Positions 39,178-48,954 of a stretch of DNA of 64,000 nt are shown one piece after another. Every line of letters starts with the position of its first letter. The first letter of the stretch is position 1. Origin of the DNA: an uncultured Candidatus Saccharibacteria bacterium (lineage in GTDB: Bacteria > Patescibacteriota > Minisyncoccia > Phycocordibacterales > DSPV01); contig CAZNMD010000001.1 in the NCBI GenBank assembly GCA_964574355.1, positions 26,180 through 90,179 on the forward strand, in the 5' to 3' direction. Under the pieces are notes generated by a model. The model was not told where the DNA came from. It worked only from the letters and a program-made list of their open reading frames with translations, and did not search any database. The position numbers and the translations under genes are program-made.

Positions 39178-40671
39178 ATGAAACACTTTTTAGATCTCTT
39201 TTTTCATAGACAGCAAAAAGAACCCAACAAGCACGAACCTCGAGGCAGCGTCGTTCTTTTTAATACCAAAACAAAAAAGAAAGAACTGTTTGGAGCGCTC
39301 ACTCCTCCCAAAGTACGAATGTATAATTGCGGACCAACTGTCTACGCTGGTGCCCATATTGGGAACCTGCGCTCGTACGTATTTGCTGACACACTACGAA
39401 GAACACTCATAGAAGCAGGTTTTGAAGTAGACCAGGTTATTAACATCACCGACGTTGGACACCTTACTTCCAACGGTGACGAGGGGGCGGACAAAATGGA
39501 AGAAGGTGCAAAATTAGCAGGACTTCAAACCCAAGCAATTGCCGCAAAATATACGGCACAATTTCTTGACGATATCACGTCTCTTAATATTGAAGCCGAA
39601 GACGTTTCATTTCCTCGGGCGACAGATCATATTCCTGAACAAATTGCCCTCATTAAAACACTTGAGGAAAAGGGCTACACCTACAAAACAAATGATGGGA
39701 TTTATTTTGATTCGTCACTCTTTAAGCACTACGGAGCTCTCGGCGGTATTGATCTTCAAGGATTAAAAGAAGGGGCTCGTGTAGAAAAAAATATTGAAAA
39801 AAAGCATCCAACAGACTTTGCTCTCTGGAAATTCTCTCCCGCTGATTCAAAAAGACAACAAGAATGGCCCTCTCCGTGGGGAATTGGCTTTCCTGGTTGG
39901 CACATTGAATGCTCAGCGATGTCTATGAAATACCTTGGCCCAACACTCGATATTCACACAGGGGGTATTGATCACATCCCTATTCATCACAATAACGAAA
40001 TTGCTCAATCTGAGGCCGCAACCGGCCGTACCTACGCTCGTTTTTGGATGCACAACGAACACCTCATGATTGAGGGGAGAAAAATAAGTAAATCACTCGG
40101 AAACACAGTGGCTCTTTCACAAATAAAAGATAAAAACATTTCGCCACTTGCGTATCGATACTTTTTACTAACCGGACACTATCGAACTCAAATGAATTTT
40201 ACCTGGGAGGCCCTTGAAGGGTCTTCTGTTGCACTCTTTCGATTAAGAAAATACTTTGTTGAAAAACTAAGCTCATCAAAAGGTGGAACCCCCGATGAAA
40301 AAATTTTAGCCGAATTTCGTGAGCGTATGAACGACGACCTTGATAGCCCTCGAGCAATTTCTCTCTTGTGGGAAACTGTTAAAAATGAAAAACTAAAACC
40401 AAACGTAAAACGAGAAACCCTTCTTGTGATGGACAAATGGCTTGGCCTTGGATTACTTGAATCAAACGACATCATCGAAGACATGCAGTTGTATGATGAT
40501 ACTGACCCTTCTCTGCCAGAAGAAATTCGAGACCTTCTTTTAAAGAGAATGACTGCTCGAAAAAATAAAAACTGGACTGAAGCGGACCAATTTCGAGCCT
40601 CATTAAATGAAAAAGGTTATGAGGTAACAGATACAGACAAAACACAAAGAGTTTCGCTTAAAAAGCGCTGA
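39178..40671 (+). CDS. cysS: Cysteine--tRNA ligase
   Basis: CGPTVY, HIGN, DFALWK, PGWHIECSAM, HHNNE, KISKS. Confidence 0.98.
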   Translation: MKHFLDLFFHRQQKEPNKHEPRGSVVLFNTKTKKKELFGALTPPKVRMYNCGPTVYAGAHIGNLRSYVFADTLRRTLIEAGFEVDQVINITDVGHLTSNGDEGADKMEEGAKLAGLQTQAIAAKYTAQFLDDITSLNIEAEDVSFPRATDHIPEQIALIKTLEEKGYTYKTNDGIYFDSSLFKHYGALGGIDLQGLKEGARVEKNIEKKHPTDFALWKFSPADSKRQQEWPSPWGIGFPGWHIECSAMSMKYLGPTLDIHTGGIDHIPIHHNNEIAQSEAATGRTYARFWMHNEHLMIEGRKISKSLGNTVALSQIKDKNISPLAYRYFLLTGHYRTQMNFTWEALEGSSVALFRLRKYFVEKLSSSKGGTPDEKILAEFRERMNDDLDSPRAISLLWETVKNEKLKPNVKRETLLVMDKWLGLGLLESNDIIEDMQLYDDTDPSLPEEIRDLLLKRMTARKNKNWTEADQFRASLNEKGYEVTDTDKTQRVSLKKR

Positions 40672-40710
40672 CATAAACATTTTCTCATCAATACGCTATA
40701 CTAGCGAAAG

Positions 40711-41178
40711 ATGAATACACCTGCCTCGTTCATTGTAAGGAAAGGCCTAAAAAACCCTTCGTATAGAACGCTTTTTCCGTCGCCTTTGTTACGTTTTTAT
40801 ACCAGTGGAGAGAAAAAATTCAGAAGGATTTCACTCGATATAGAGATCGTCGCGCAGGCTCGACGTGAATTACGACGTTTTGCCAAACGGCTCTCCATTT
40901 CTGATCTTTGTTCTTTGTGTCGGGCACTCAAAAAAGGAGAGCTAACTGAATGCGTTCGGGATGATAGCTTTGTTGGAACAATAATCAAGTACCGAAAGCG
41001 CCGCCAGCGAACCGACAGGTTGAATCCAGATGATTACAATCACCTAGAAGAAAGTAGGGCTCTTGTTTACTGGTTTAAACAACACGTGGGGAGACTTCCT
41101 CCGGATAGTGATGACTATGTCGCAACCACTATCTGCTGGCTGGAGCAAATCATCAAAGAACGACGCTCTGGAAACTGA
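40711..41178 (+). CDS. Hypothetical protein (orphan cassette)
   Basis: 155-aa ORF; TATACT 8 nt upstream; terminator at 41194-41224. Confidence 0.6.
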   Translation: MNTPASFIVRKGLKNPSYRTLFPSPLLRFYTSGEKKFRRISLDIEIVAQARRELRRFAKRLSISDLCSLCRALKKGELTECVRDDSFVGTIIKYRKRRQRTDRLNPDDYNHLEESRALVYWFKQHVGRLPPDSDDYVATTICWLEQIIKERRSGN

Positions 41179-41193
41179 AACCAGAATTAATTT

Positions 41194-41224
41194 CCGTCGC
41201 CTATTCGAAGGCGACGGTTTTTTT
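41194..41224 (+). terminator. Intrinsic terminator
   Basis: CCGTCGCCT-ATTCGA-AGGCGACGG followed by a T run. Confidence 0.8.
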
Positions 41225-41318
41225 ATTAAAACAAATCTTTATCCACACGCATCCACATGTTCTGCACCTTTTTTATGCTTCCCGCAAGATAAAGACAGCT
41301 GTTACAATACACCGACAA

Positions 41319-42719
41319 ATGACCAAACGCCCCTCATCAGGTTTACGCCTTCCTCCTCAATCACTTGAAAGTGAACATGCACTCTTGGGCTCCATCATGC
41401 TCCGCCCTGATGCAGCGCTGGATATTATTCCAACTGTTCCACCCGGTTCATTTTATGCGGAAAAAAATCGCCTGATCTATCAAGCAATGATAGAGCTAGC
41501 CGATATGCACTCACCAATCGATCTTGTTTCGATTGCCAACCATCTTAGTGGAAAAGGAATTTTGGAATCAGTTGGGGGGAGAGCATACCTTGCTGATCTT
41601 GCCGGAAGTGTCCCTTCTGCGGCAAATATTGAATACTATGCAGAAATTGTTACTAGTAAATACCTCTTACGAAAACTCATTGAGGCTTCAGAAGGAATTT
41701 CAAAACTTGGCTACAGCGAAGATCGTAACGTCACAGATCTTATAGATGAAGCTCAGCGAACCATTTTTGAAGTAGCGAACGCCTCCACTCACGGAGTTAA
41801 ATTTATCGAACTGAAACACGCACTTGGTGACGCTTGGACACGCCTCGATACACTTCATAAAAACAAAGGTGAACTCCGCGGTATTCCAACAGGATTTAAA
41901 CAAGTTGATAATCTTCTTGCGGGACTCCAACGATCAGATCTCATTATTCTTGCCGCCCGTCCTTCTGTTGGTAAAACTTCTTTTGCCTTGGATATTGCCC
42001 GCCAGACAGCAATTCGTCACCAAAAACACGTCGCTATTTTCTCTCTGGAAATGAGTTCGCAACAACTTGTTGATCGTATGTTGGCAGCCGAGTCTCAAGT
42101 AAACGCATGGAAACTTCGTACCGGAGCATTGAGTACCGAAGATGAGTTTGGTCGCATTCGTGACGCGTTAAATACGCTTTCGACCGCACCCATCTTTATA
42201 AACGACGAAGCAGGAATTACCGCCATGAAGATGCGTTCCATTGCCCGACGCCTCATGGTTGAGAAAAAATTAGATTTGATTGTTGTTGATTACTTGCAGC
42301 TCATGATGCCAATGCACACACGCTCATCAGATTCTCTTGTTCAGCAAGTAACCGAAATCAGTCGTTCATTAAAACATCTTGCCCGCGAATTGGATGTTCC
42401 AGTTTTAGCACTCTCTCAGCTTTCACGTGACGTTGAAAAACGTGGTGGTAAACCTCGGCTTTCAGATTTGCGTGACTCTGGTTCTATTGAACAAGATGCC
42501 GATGTTGTTATGTTTATTCATCGCCCAGACCGTTTCAATGAAGGTTCAAATCGAACAAACATCGCGGAAATCCATGTCGAAAAACACCGCAACGGTCCAA
42601 CCGGACAAGTTGATTTATTTTTCGACGACAAACGTGCAACCTTCCTCGATCTTGAAAAAGACGACTTTGGAGCACTTGCTGCCGGTGTTGATGACGCCTC
42701 TTTGGCTCCTGGTTTTTAA
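41319..42719 (+). CDS. dnaB: Replicative DNA helicase
   Basis: PPQS, AARPSVGKT, FSLEMS, VDYLQLM, SQLSR, DLRDSGSIEQDAD; no intein. Confidence 0.98.
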   Translation: MTKRPSSGLRLPPQSLESEHALLGSIMLRPDAALDIIPTVPPGSFYAEKNRLIYQAMIELADMHSPIDLVSIANHLSGKGILESVGGRAYLADLAGSVPSAANIEYYAEIVTSKYLLRKLIEASEGISKLGYSEDRNVTDLIDEAQRTIFEVANASTHGVKFIELKHALGDAWTRLDTLHKNKGELRGIPTGFKQVDNLLAGLQRSDLIILAARPSVGKTSFALDIARQTAIRHQKHVAIFSLEMSSQQLVDRMLAAESQVNAWKLRTGALSTEDEFGRIRDALNTLSTAPIFINDEAGITAMKMRSIARRLMVEKKLDLIVVDYLQLMMPMHTRSSDSLVQQVTEISRSLKHLARELDVPVLALSQLSRDVEKRGGKPRLSDLRDSGSIEQDADVVMFIHRPDRFNEGSNRTNIAEIHVEKHRNGPTGQVDLFFDDKRATFLDLEKDDFGALAAGVDDASLAPGF

Positions 42720-42722
42720 TCC

Positions 42723-43346
42723 ATGAAATCAATAGACGAACTCGCAGAATTATTTAAAAAACTTCCCGGGGTTGGCCCACGCCAAGCACGACGTTTTGTC
42801 TATCACCTCCTCACCGCGTCAAGAGATGAAGCTGCCCGAATCGCCGCTCTCATCAAATCCATGCACGAAGAAACGCTCGTTTGCACAGAATGTCATCGAT
42901 TTTTTCCAAAAGATCTAAAAGAAAATCGTCTCTGCAAAGAGTGTCGAGATCATAGCCGTGACGCAACTCTCTTGGCAATCGTTCCGAGAGATTCTGATCG
43001 TGAGGCTATAGAAAAAAGTGGTACATACAAAGGATACTACTTTATTCTTGGTGGCTCTGTGCCAGTACTAGGAGATCACCCAGAAAAAAGAATTCGGCTC
43101 CCCGCCCTTCTTACCCTTATTAAAAAAAGAAAAGCGATGGGACTCAAAGAAATTATTATCGCCATGGACGCCAACCCTGAAGGTGATCACACCGCAGAAT
43201 TTCTCGCATCATGCCTTGAACCTTTAGTAAAAGAATTTTCTCTTACCATAACCACACTTGGTCGAGGCCTCTCAACCGGCACCGAACTTGAATATGCAGA
43301 TTCTGACACCATCAAAAATGCCTTTGGAAATAGGCTTAAAATTTAA
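42723..43346 (+). CDS. recR: Recombination mediator RecR
   Basis: LPGVGPRQARR HhH, C4 zinc finger, Toprim EGDHTA, GTELEYAD. Confidence 0.95.
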   Translation: MKSIDELAELFKKLPGVGPRQARRFVYHLLTASRDEAARIAALIKSMHEETLVCTECHRFFPKDLKENRLCKECRDHSRDATLLAIVPRDSDREAIEKSGTYKGYYFILGGSVPVLGDHPEKRIRLPALLTLIKKRKAMGLKEIIIAMDANPEGDHTAEFLASCLEPLVKEFSLTITTLGRGLSTGTELEYADSDTIKNAFGNRLKI

Positions 43347-43412
43347 CAAGCTTTATAAAGACTTGTCAATATATCCCACTTTTGCTATAATTCGTAGCTG
43401 GAAGGAGCACTC

Positions 43413-43664
43413 ATGAAAAATGTTATTGACGATGTTATCCTGCGCCTGCTGCATCAAGTAACAACTCCTCGTCAGCACGAAAGCAATACCTGTCCAAAAT
43501 GTGAAGGTACCGGACTTAATCTCCGGGATTACGCCTACGAACTCAAAGACTACAAGATGGTTCCTTACCATCCAAAGTGTCTCTTGTGCAAAGGCACAAA
43601 AACCGTGGACACCGTTCCGGTCATTGGCGTCAACGTCGGGGTTCCAGACGCCATCGCCATCTAG
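43413..43664 (+). CDS. Small zinc-finger protein with two DnaJ-type CxxCxGx motifs
   Basis: CPKCEGTG ... CLLCKGTK; AAGGAG RBS; TTGTCA-17-TATAAT promoter 43363-43391. Confidence 0.75.
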   Translation: MKNVIDDVILRLLHQVTTPRQHESNTCPKCEGTGLNLRDYAYELKDYKMVPYHPKCLLCKGTKTVDTVPVIGVNVGVPDAIAI

Positions 43665-43728
43665 GTCTCATCGAGACCAAACAAAAAAACCGCCTCGGGC
43701 ACTCCGTAGCGGTTTTTCTTGTTCTTTA

Positions 43729-44082
43729 TTATTTAATGGATTCAATCATCACCTCCATAAACGGCTGACGATGACCATTCTTTTTCGCGTTGCGGCTCTT
43801 TTGTTTATACTTCATAACAACCACCGTCTTTTCACGTCCAAGTTTTGTAATTTTTCCAACAACCGAAGCTCCATCAATATAAGGCGTGCCAATAGTAGTA
43901 GCTCCACCATCATCTACAAGTAATACTTTATCAAAAGTGATGGTTTCTCCCTCTACTTTTCCAGGCAAAATCTCAGTGTGAATAGTGTCACCTGCTGCTA
44001 CCCCATACTGCTTACCACCAGTCTCAACGACGGCGTACAAGCTCGAATTTGCTTCAGTTTTTGCTGTTTTTTTAGCAGGCAT
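43729..44082 (-). CDS. rplU: 50S ribosomal protein L21
   Basis: YAVVETGGKQY, IGTPY, GHRQPF. Confidence 0.97.
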   Translation of the reverse strand: MPAKKTAKTEANSSLYAVVETGGKQYGVAAGDTIHTEILPGKVEGETITFDKVLLVDDGGATTIGTPYIDGASVVGKITKLGREKTVVVMKYKQKSRNAKKNGHRQPFMEVMIESIK

Positions 44083-44174
44083 GTCAGTAATGAAGCATTC
44101 TACCTAATTTTAAGGATTATGCAAATTTCTAACCCTAAAAAGCCGTTTTCTGGGAAAAAATCAATAGTACAGCC

Positions 44175-45248
44175 TTATTCTTCAAGATCTGGCTTATCTA
44201 ATACCTCTACCTCAATACCCGGTGCCGCACCTGCAATACGAAGCACATCCTTATCAAGCTGACGAAAAGCTTTACCCGATGCGTTGTAATGATTCACCAC
44301 TGTCCCGAGCGCATTTCCAAGCTTGGCGTGATACTCCTCATAACCTTTTAAATGCTTTCCTAGCTCCTCAACACGCTTTCGAATCTCTTTAGCCGTTTCC
44401 TCAATTTGAAGCGCCTTAAGGCCCTGTAAAACGGTCTGGAGGTAGGCCAGGAATGAGGTCGGAGAAACAATTATGACGTGATACTTTCCGGCCGCACGCT
44501 GGACCAGGTTTTCCGTGTCATCGGTGACTGCACCAACCTTATTGATCAATAAATCGTAATAAATTGCCTCATGGGGAATAAACATGAATGCAAATTCGGT
44601 TGTCCCCTGCTCTGGTTGAATATATTTTGATGTTTCAACTATTCGATTCTTCAAATCGTTCGTAAATACTTTCTGAAGCCGGTCTTTTTCACTCGGATCC
44701 CTCGCCTCAACAATACGATTATAATTTTCAAGAGAAAACTTTGAATCAACCGGAATAACTTTGTCTTTTACAAAAACCGCAGCATCAACAATCGTGCCGT
44801 CTGGAAACGCGTACTGCATTTGATATGAATCCGGTGGCAACACATTTTTCAAAAGCGTTTCAAGGTAATACTCGCCAAGAACGCCACGTTGTTTTGGATT
44901 TTTTAAAAGATCGCCAAGATTTTGCAATTCTGATGCGAAACCAACCATTTGTTTTCCGGTCTCCTCAACGCGCGTGACCTTTTCAGTCATGGACGTCACT
45001 TCTTTAAGAAAGCGGTCGACAAGCTTTTGCGATTCACCAAATTGTGAACGCATAGCTTCGCTCATAAACTTATTTGTCTCCCCAATTTTACTATCTACTG
45101 TCCGAGACAATGAATTCATCTGATCCAACAAAAGCCGCAATGAGGAGTCATCTTGTTGAACAGGTTTCTGTTTTCTTACTAATAAGAAAATAACAGCCAC
45201 AAGAAGTGCTGCAATAACTGCCAAAAATCCAATCAGTGCTGGGTCCAT
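44175..45248 (-). CDS. rmuC: DNA recombination protein RmuC
   Basis: N-terminal TM, RGVLGE, VDSKFSL, MFIPHEAIY, SPTSF; ATG 45248 lies 7 nt after TGtTAGAAT. Confidence 0.92.
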   Translation of the reverse strand: MDPALIGFLAVIAALLVAVIFLLVRKQKPVQQDDSSLRLLLDQMNSLSRTVDSKIGETNKFMSEAMRSQFGESQKLVDRFLKEVTSMTEKVTRVEETGKQMVGFASELQNLGDLLKNPKQRGVLGEYYLETLLKNVLPPDSYQMQYAFPDGTIVDAAVFVKDKVIPVDSKFSLENYNRIVEARDPSEKDRLQKVFTNDLKNRIVETSKYIQPEQGTTEFAFMFIPHEAIYYDLLINKVGAVTDDTENLVQRAAGKYHVIIVSPTSFLAYLQTVLQGLKALQIEETAKEIRKRVEELGKHLKGYEEYHAKLGNALGTVVNHYNASGKAFRQLDKDVLRIAGAAPGIEVEVLDKPDLEE

Positions 45249-45344
45249 AAGTAGCATTCTAACATCCACGCTTGTATATCAAAACCTAAAATAAAAACCT
45301 CGTGGTAGTGCTACCACGAGGTTTATGTAAAACGACCCACTCCT

Positions 45345-45932
45345 TTACTCCAAACGGACACTCACCGTACGTTTTGTGAGCATCGAAGGACGAACGAGGA
45401 GAATCGTTACGACAATGCTTTCGATCACAAAAAAGGTGATCGGCTGAGCAGCATCTGCAAAGGTCCACCGCGGAATGGCGATGACGGCACAGAAACACGA
45501 CAACCAAAAAAGAGTCCACGCCAACTTGTTTTCCCGAGCTGGATCTTCCCACGCAGATTGAAAAGTTGGAAGCGCACCGATAAACAGAGCAACTTGTGCA
45601 ACTCCGATTCCAAAATTTGCCTCCTTGAAAACCACCCAAAGAACAATGGCAAACGCAGCGCCAACAAGACACAGCTTATCGAGCTTCGTCCAGCCAGGTG
45701 TTCCGTGCATGATCGCGAGTACAACAACAATCCATACTCCGATAACGGCTCCAATAATCTGGCCATTGACCGTACCTTTTGCATACATACCAGCAAACGT
45801 AACAGTATCCAGAACTCCCCAGATAACCCACGAAGCCTTGGCAGGCTTCGTTGTCTTTTGAAGAATGGCAAGAATGTATGGAACGAAAGCAACAAGAACC
45901 AACAAGCCCGCAATGAATGACAGCGTTTTCAC
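45345..45932 (-). CDS. Hypothetical polytopic membrane protein
   Basis: About 7 TMs with internal repeat PYI..I..KTTKP..ASW / PTF.....DP.RE....W; own promoter, AAGAGA upstream and terminator 45293-45326. Confidence 0.8.
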   Translation of the reverse strand: MKTLSFIAGLLVLVAFVPYILAILQKTTKPAKASWVIWGVLDTVTFAGMYAKGTVNGQIIGAVIGVWIVVVLAIMHGTPGWTKLDKLCLVGAAFAIVLWVVFKEANFGIGVAQVALFIGALPTFQSAWEDPARENKLAWTLFWLSCFCAVIAIPRWTFADAAQPITFFVIESIVVTILLVRPSMLTKRTVSVRLE

Positions 45933-46089
45933 TCTCTTCCTTTTTTTGTTTTTTTACGAAGAACGTATGATAAAATAATAACAGTTTAATTTAATACTGT
46001 CAATAAATGTCTTCCTGCACAAACATCTTCAACTAGATTTTTATACCTGAAAGCGGTAAGCTCTACCTATCAACTAAACACTACTATCA

Positions 46090-46536
46090 ATGTCACTTCA
46101 AACCGATATAAAAGCAGGAATCAAAGAGGCGATGATGAAAAAAGACGAAGTACGATTGACCGTGCTTCGCTCTATTCAGGCTACAATCACCAACGAAATA
46201 ATCGCGAAAAAAGCAACGGAACTTCTCGATGAAGACGTTCTCACCATCATCCGCCGATCGGTAAAACAACACAAAGACTCAATTGATCAATTTACGAAGG
46301 GTAACCGCATGGATTTGGTTCAGAATGAACAAGCTGAACTAACCGTTCTTGAAGAATTTCTTCCAACAATGATGAGCCGAGAAGAAATCAAAAAAATTGC
46401 TGAAAAGAAAAAAGCAGAACTTGGTATCACAGACAAATCAAAAGCCGGAATGTTGACGGGCGCTCTCATGAAAGACTTGAAAGGTCGTGCAGATGGTAGT
46501 GATGTAAAATCAATTGTTGAAGAACTTTTAGGGTAA
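46090..46536 (+). CDS. GatB/YqeY domain protein
   Basis: IKEAMMKKDEVRL, KQHKDSIDQF, ELTVLEEFLP, LKGRADG. Confidence 0.93.
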   Translation: MSLQTDIKAGIKEAMMKKDEVRLTVLRSIQATITNEIIAKKATELLDEDVLTIIRRSVKQHKDSIDQFTKGNRMDLVQNEQAELTVLEEFLPTMMSREEIKKIAEKKKAELGITDKSKAGMLTGALMKDLKGRADGSDVKSIVEELLG

Positions 46537-46632
46537 AAACCTAAGGACGCCTGCCCCGTAGTGAAGCGAATCCCTGAGCTTCTACTACTGGAGTTAAAAG
46601 CTGTTGTCGAGAAACCGCTCGGATAAGAATAC

Positions 46633-46662
46633 AAAAACCCGCTACGGTAGTAGCGGGTTTTT
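46633..46662. terminator. Bidirectional terminator
   Basis: AAAAACCCGCTAC-GGTA-GTAGCGGGTTTTT. Confidence 0.85.
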
Positions 46663-46687
46663 AAAGTCTCAAACGATGGACCTGTCA

Positions 46688-46861
46688 CTATCGCCTTTTC
46701 GGCATTGTCGCCCTCACCGAGGGCTGACGATCATCCGGCTCGAGCATCATGTAACGCTCACGTCGTGCCTCAGGATACCGAGGGACATGCCGATAACGGT
46801 GCTCCTTACCAGAGTGCCTGTTGCCAAGCCCCGCCGATGCTAACCTTGCATTGTTGCTCAT
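46688..46861 (-). CDS. Small basic hypothetical protein (57 aa), below the ORF-track cutoff
   Basis: MSNNARLASAGLGNRHSGKEHRYRHVPRYPEARRERYMMLEPDDRQPSVRATMPKRR; upstream TTGACA on the minus strand and a downstream terminator. Confidence 0.5.
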   Translation of the reverse strand: MSNNARLASAGLGNRHSGKEHRYRHVPRYPEARRERYMMLEPDDRQPSVRATMPKRR

Positions 46862-46962
46862 AGTAATTAACCGATCCGTATAGAATACTCACAAAAATGA
46901 AGTTTTTTGTCAATCCACAAACTTGACAATAGAGATTTCTCTACTATAATTTAAACCAGATT

Positions 46963-47169
46963 ATGAGCACCCTAAGACGTCGGAAAATCCCGTCGAGGTG
47001 GTGGTTTAGTCGAATGAGACAGGCGGCAGCAGGAACACTTTCTGCTCCAACTCCAAAAACAACTTTGGGAGTTCCCTACTCTCAAATCGAACTCGCAGCA
47101 AAACTGACAGCCAACCCTGATGATGACGTACAACACCGCACCGAAGTATTACGCGGCGAATGGGATTAA
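46963..47169 (+). CDS. Small hypothetical protein (68 aa)
   Basis: TTGACA-16-TATAAT promoter 46923-46950; terminator AAAACAGAGTC-GCAA-GACTCTGTTTT. Confidence 0.55.
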   Translation: MSTLRRRKIPSRWWFSRMRQAAAGTLSAPTPKTTLGVPYSQIELAAKLTANPDDDVQHRTEVLRGEWD

Positions 47170-47217
47170 ATCCCCCCACAACACAAAACAGAGTCGCAAG
47201 ACTCTGTTTTATTTTAC

Positions 47218-47430
47218 TTACTCATTTGAATTTATAAGTGCATCAATTGCGGCAAGACGCGCAGTTTGATTTTCAATTTCATCCCTTTTTTCAGCAGCTA
47301 ACAACTCACCAAGTGCCTGCACGTCAGACGGAGGAAGCACATCAAGCCGTGCAATAAGGTCACCTTTAAGCTCGTGACTAAAAAGTCCACTCCATCGTAT
47401 TAAAACTGAAAGCGCTTCTTTTTTAGTCAT
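47218..47430 (-). CDS. Small hypothetical helical protein
   Basis: Start overlaps the stop of the upstream ORF (translational coupling). Confidence 0.7.
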   Translation of the reverse strand: MTKKEALSVLIRWSGLFSHELKGDLIARLDVLPPSDVQALGELLAAEKRDEIENQTARLAAIDALINSNE

Positions 47431-47977
47431 TATTTTTTACTTGGTTTGCTTCAGGTAAAAATACTGAAACGGCTTCATCTATTTCCTCTTGATGGGCCTT
47501 ATATGTTTCATCATCTAATTTCATTGTCTCCCGCAAAGATACAAAGGCATCGTGTATAGCTTGCTTATCACCTTTAAAAAATTGATAGAGCGTTTCGTAC
47601 AAATGAGACGGCATAGCGCCTCCAACAACTTCGGTTGCTTCTGTTGCAAGTGCTCCAGCAAGAGGAACATCTGGTGTTAAAAAATTCAACCGTCTAAACC
47701 AGCGCAACTTTGCCAACGACTTAAACGCATCAGCACTCCAAGAACCAGTCTCTCCAGCGACCGGAACAATATCAAGAAGACTGATCCCCGTATTTGCCAT
47801 CGTACGCAACAAAGCCTTTCCCCCTTTTTGAATTGAAGGATTTCGCAAAAGCATTTCCCACTTTGAATACGTCACCGCATACTCTCCAACAAGTTTCGGA
47901 GGAATTTCTTGCGGACGTTCTAGAGAAGCCTCCCATTCATTTTCATTCGCTATTTCATTTTTTGGTATAGATTCCAT
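47423..47977 (-). CDS. Hypothetical protein
   Basis: 184-aa ORF with host-like codon usage; two-gene unit with 47218-47430. Confidence 0.75.
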   Translation of the reverse strand: MESIPKNEIANENEWEASLERPQEIPPKLVGEYAVTYSKWEMLLRNPSIQKGGKALLRTMANTGISLLDIVPVAGETGSWSADAFKSLAKLRWFRRLNFLTPDVPLAGALATEATEVVGGAMPSHLYETLYQFFKGDKQAIHDAFVSLRETMKLDDETYKAHQEEIDEAVSVFLPEANQVKNND

Positions 47978-48257
47978 GAGTTATATCTCTATATTACGTT
48001 GATTCAATCTCGGTGAAAAGCATCGTATTACATCAACTGCCCAAAGGGGTAAAGAGTGGAGAAAATATTCGTCTGTTACCTTGGTTTGTTAATAAAAAAA
48101 TACAACAACAGATACGAGCTCAAAATTGACATATATACTATTTTATGCTAATTTAATAGTAGACTGCACCTCTCCATGAAAAGTCACGTAGGGCCGGAAA
48201 CCTTACATGATGAGCCGGAAGCTCCCTGGCATGTGCACATGAAAGGTACCTCACAAC

Positions 48258-48875
48258 ATGACGACGAAGCAAACAGAGTTTGAAATAGTGAAATATTTTC
48301 TCAAACACAACAGCTACGGGCAGGCACGGATTCGAGCCGTTCACGCCAACGTTGTTGCGCGTCGACAGTTCGGACAGAGCCTACTGATCACATTGTTGGG
48401 CATCTTCGTAGCATTGGTGGGAACACTCATCAACAACGCTCCCCAGATTCCCCACAATGTAAGAATCGGAGAAGTGCTCTTCGCACTTGGCGGAGGTTTA
48501 ACTATCCTCTTTATAATCCGTGGCGTAATCAAGCTCTACAATGTGCGCAGCGGCTGTGATTACGAAAACGGTGCTTGGGAAGATGGCCTCCAAGATATTC
48601 TCGAAACCATCAAAACCTTCGAGAAACTTTTCGGAAAACGTCCGGAAAAACTTGGCCTTCAGGGAACAGCCCGTTTCCTTACCCATGAAGCAGGAACGAT
48701 CCTCCGCCTGAACGCGCAACGACGAAGTCCGGAAGAACTTATTTTGCGCAAACGCTTCAGGGACATGCACGATGTGGCAAGCAAGCTCATGCCAATGTCG
48801 AGCTACGAGGAAATCTACCACGCTGCCCAAAACAAGCAGCAACGACCAACCTTCATTCCTGGTTTTACCAGCTGA
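48258..48875 (+). CDS. Hypothetical protein with two TM helices (orphan cassette)
   Basis: TTGACA-17-TAATTT promoter 48126-48154, GAAAGG upstream, terminator 48915-48950. Confidence 0.75.
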   Translation: MTTKQTEFEIVKYFLKHNSYGQARIRAVHANVVARRQFGQSLLITLLGIFVALVGTLINNAPQIPHNVRIGEVLFALGGGLTILFIIRGVIKLYNVRSGCDYENGAWEDGLQDILETIKTFEKLFGKRPEKLGLQGTARFLTHEAGTILRLNAQRRSPEELILRKRFRDMHDVASKLMPMSSYEEIYHAAQNKQQRPTFIPGFTS

Positions 48876-48954
48876 CGTGGTCTTGATGCCTCATTGTTCT
48901 TTAGAACGACACAGCAACCCTACCCTAAACCGGTGGGGTTGTTTTTTTGTTTAC

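Noticed and set aside
46320-46843. ORFs 46320-46688 (-) and 46604-46843 (+)
   Set aside because: One is antisense to the YqeY gene and both cross a bidirectional terminator; the 46861-46688 frame fits the promoter and terminator better.
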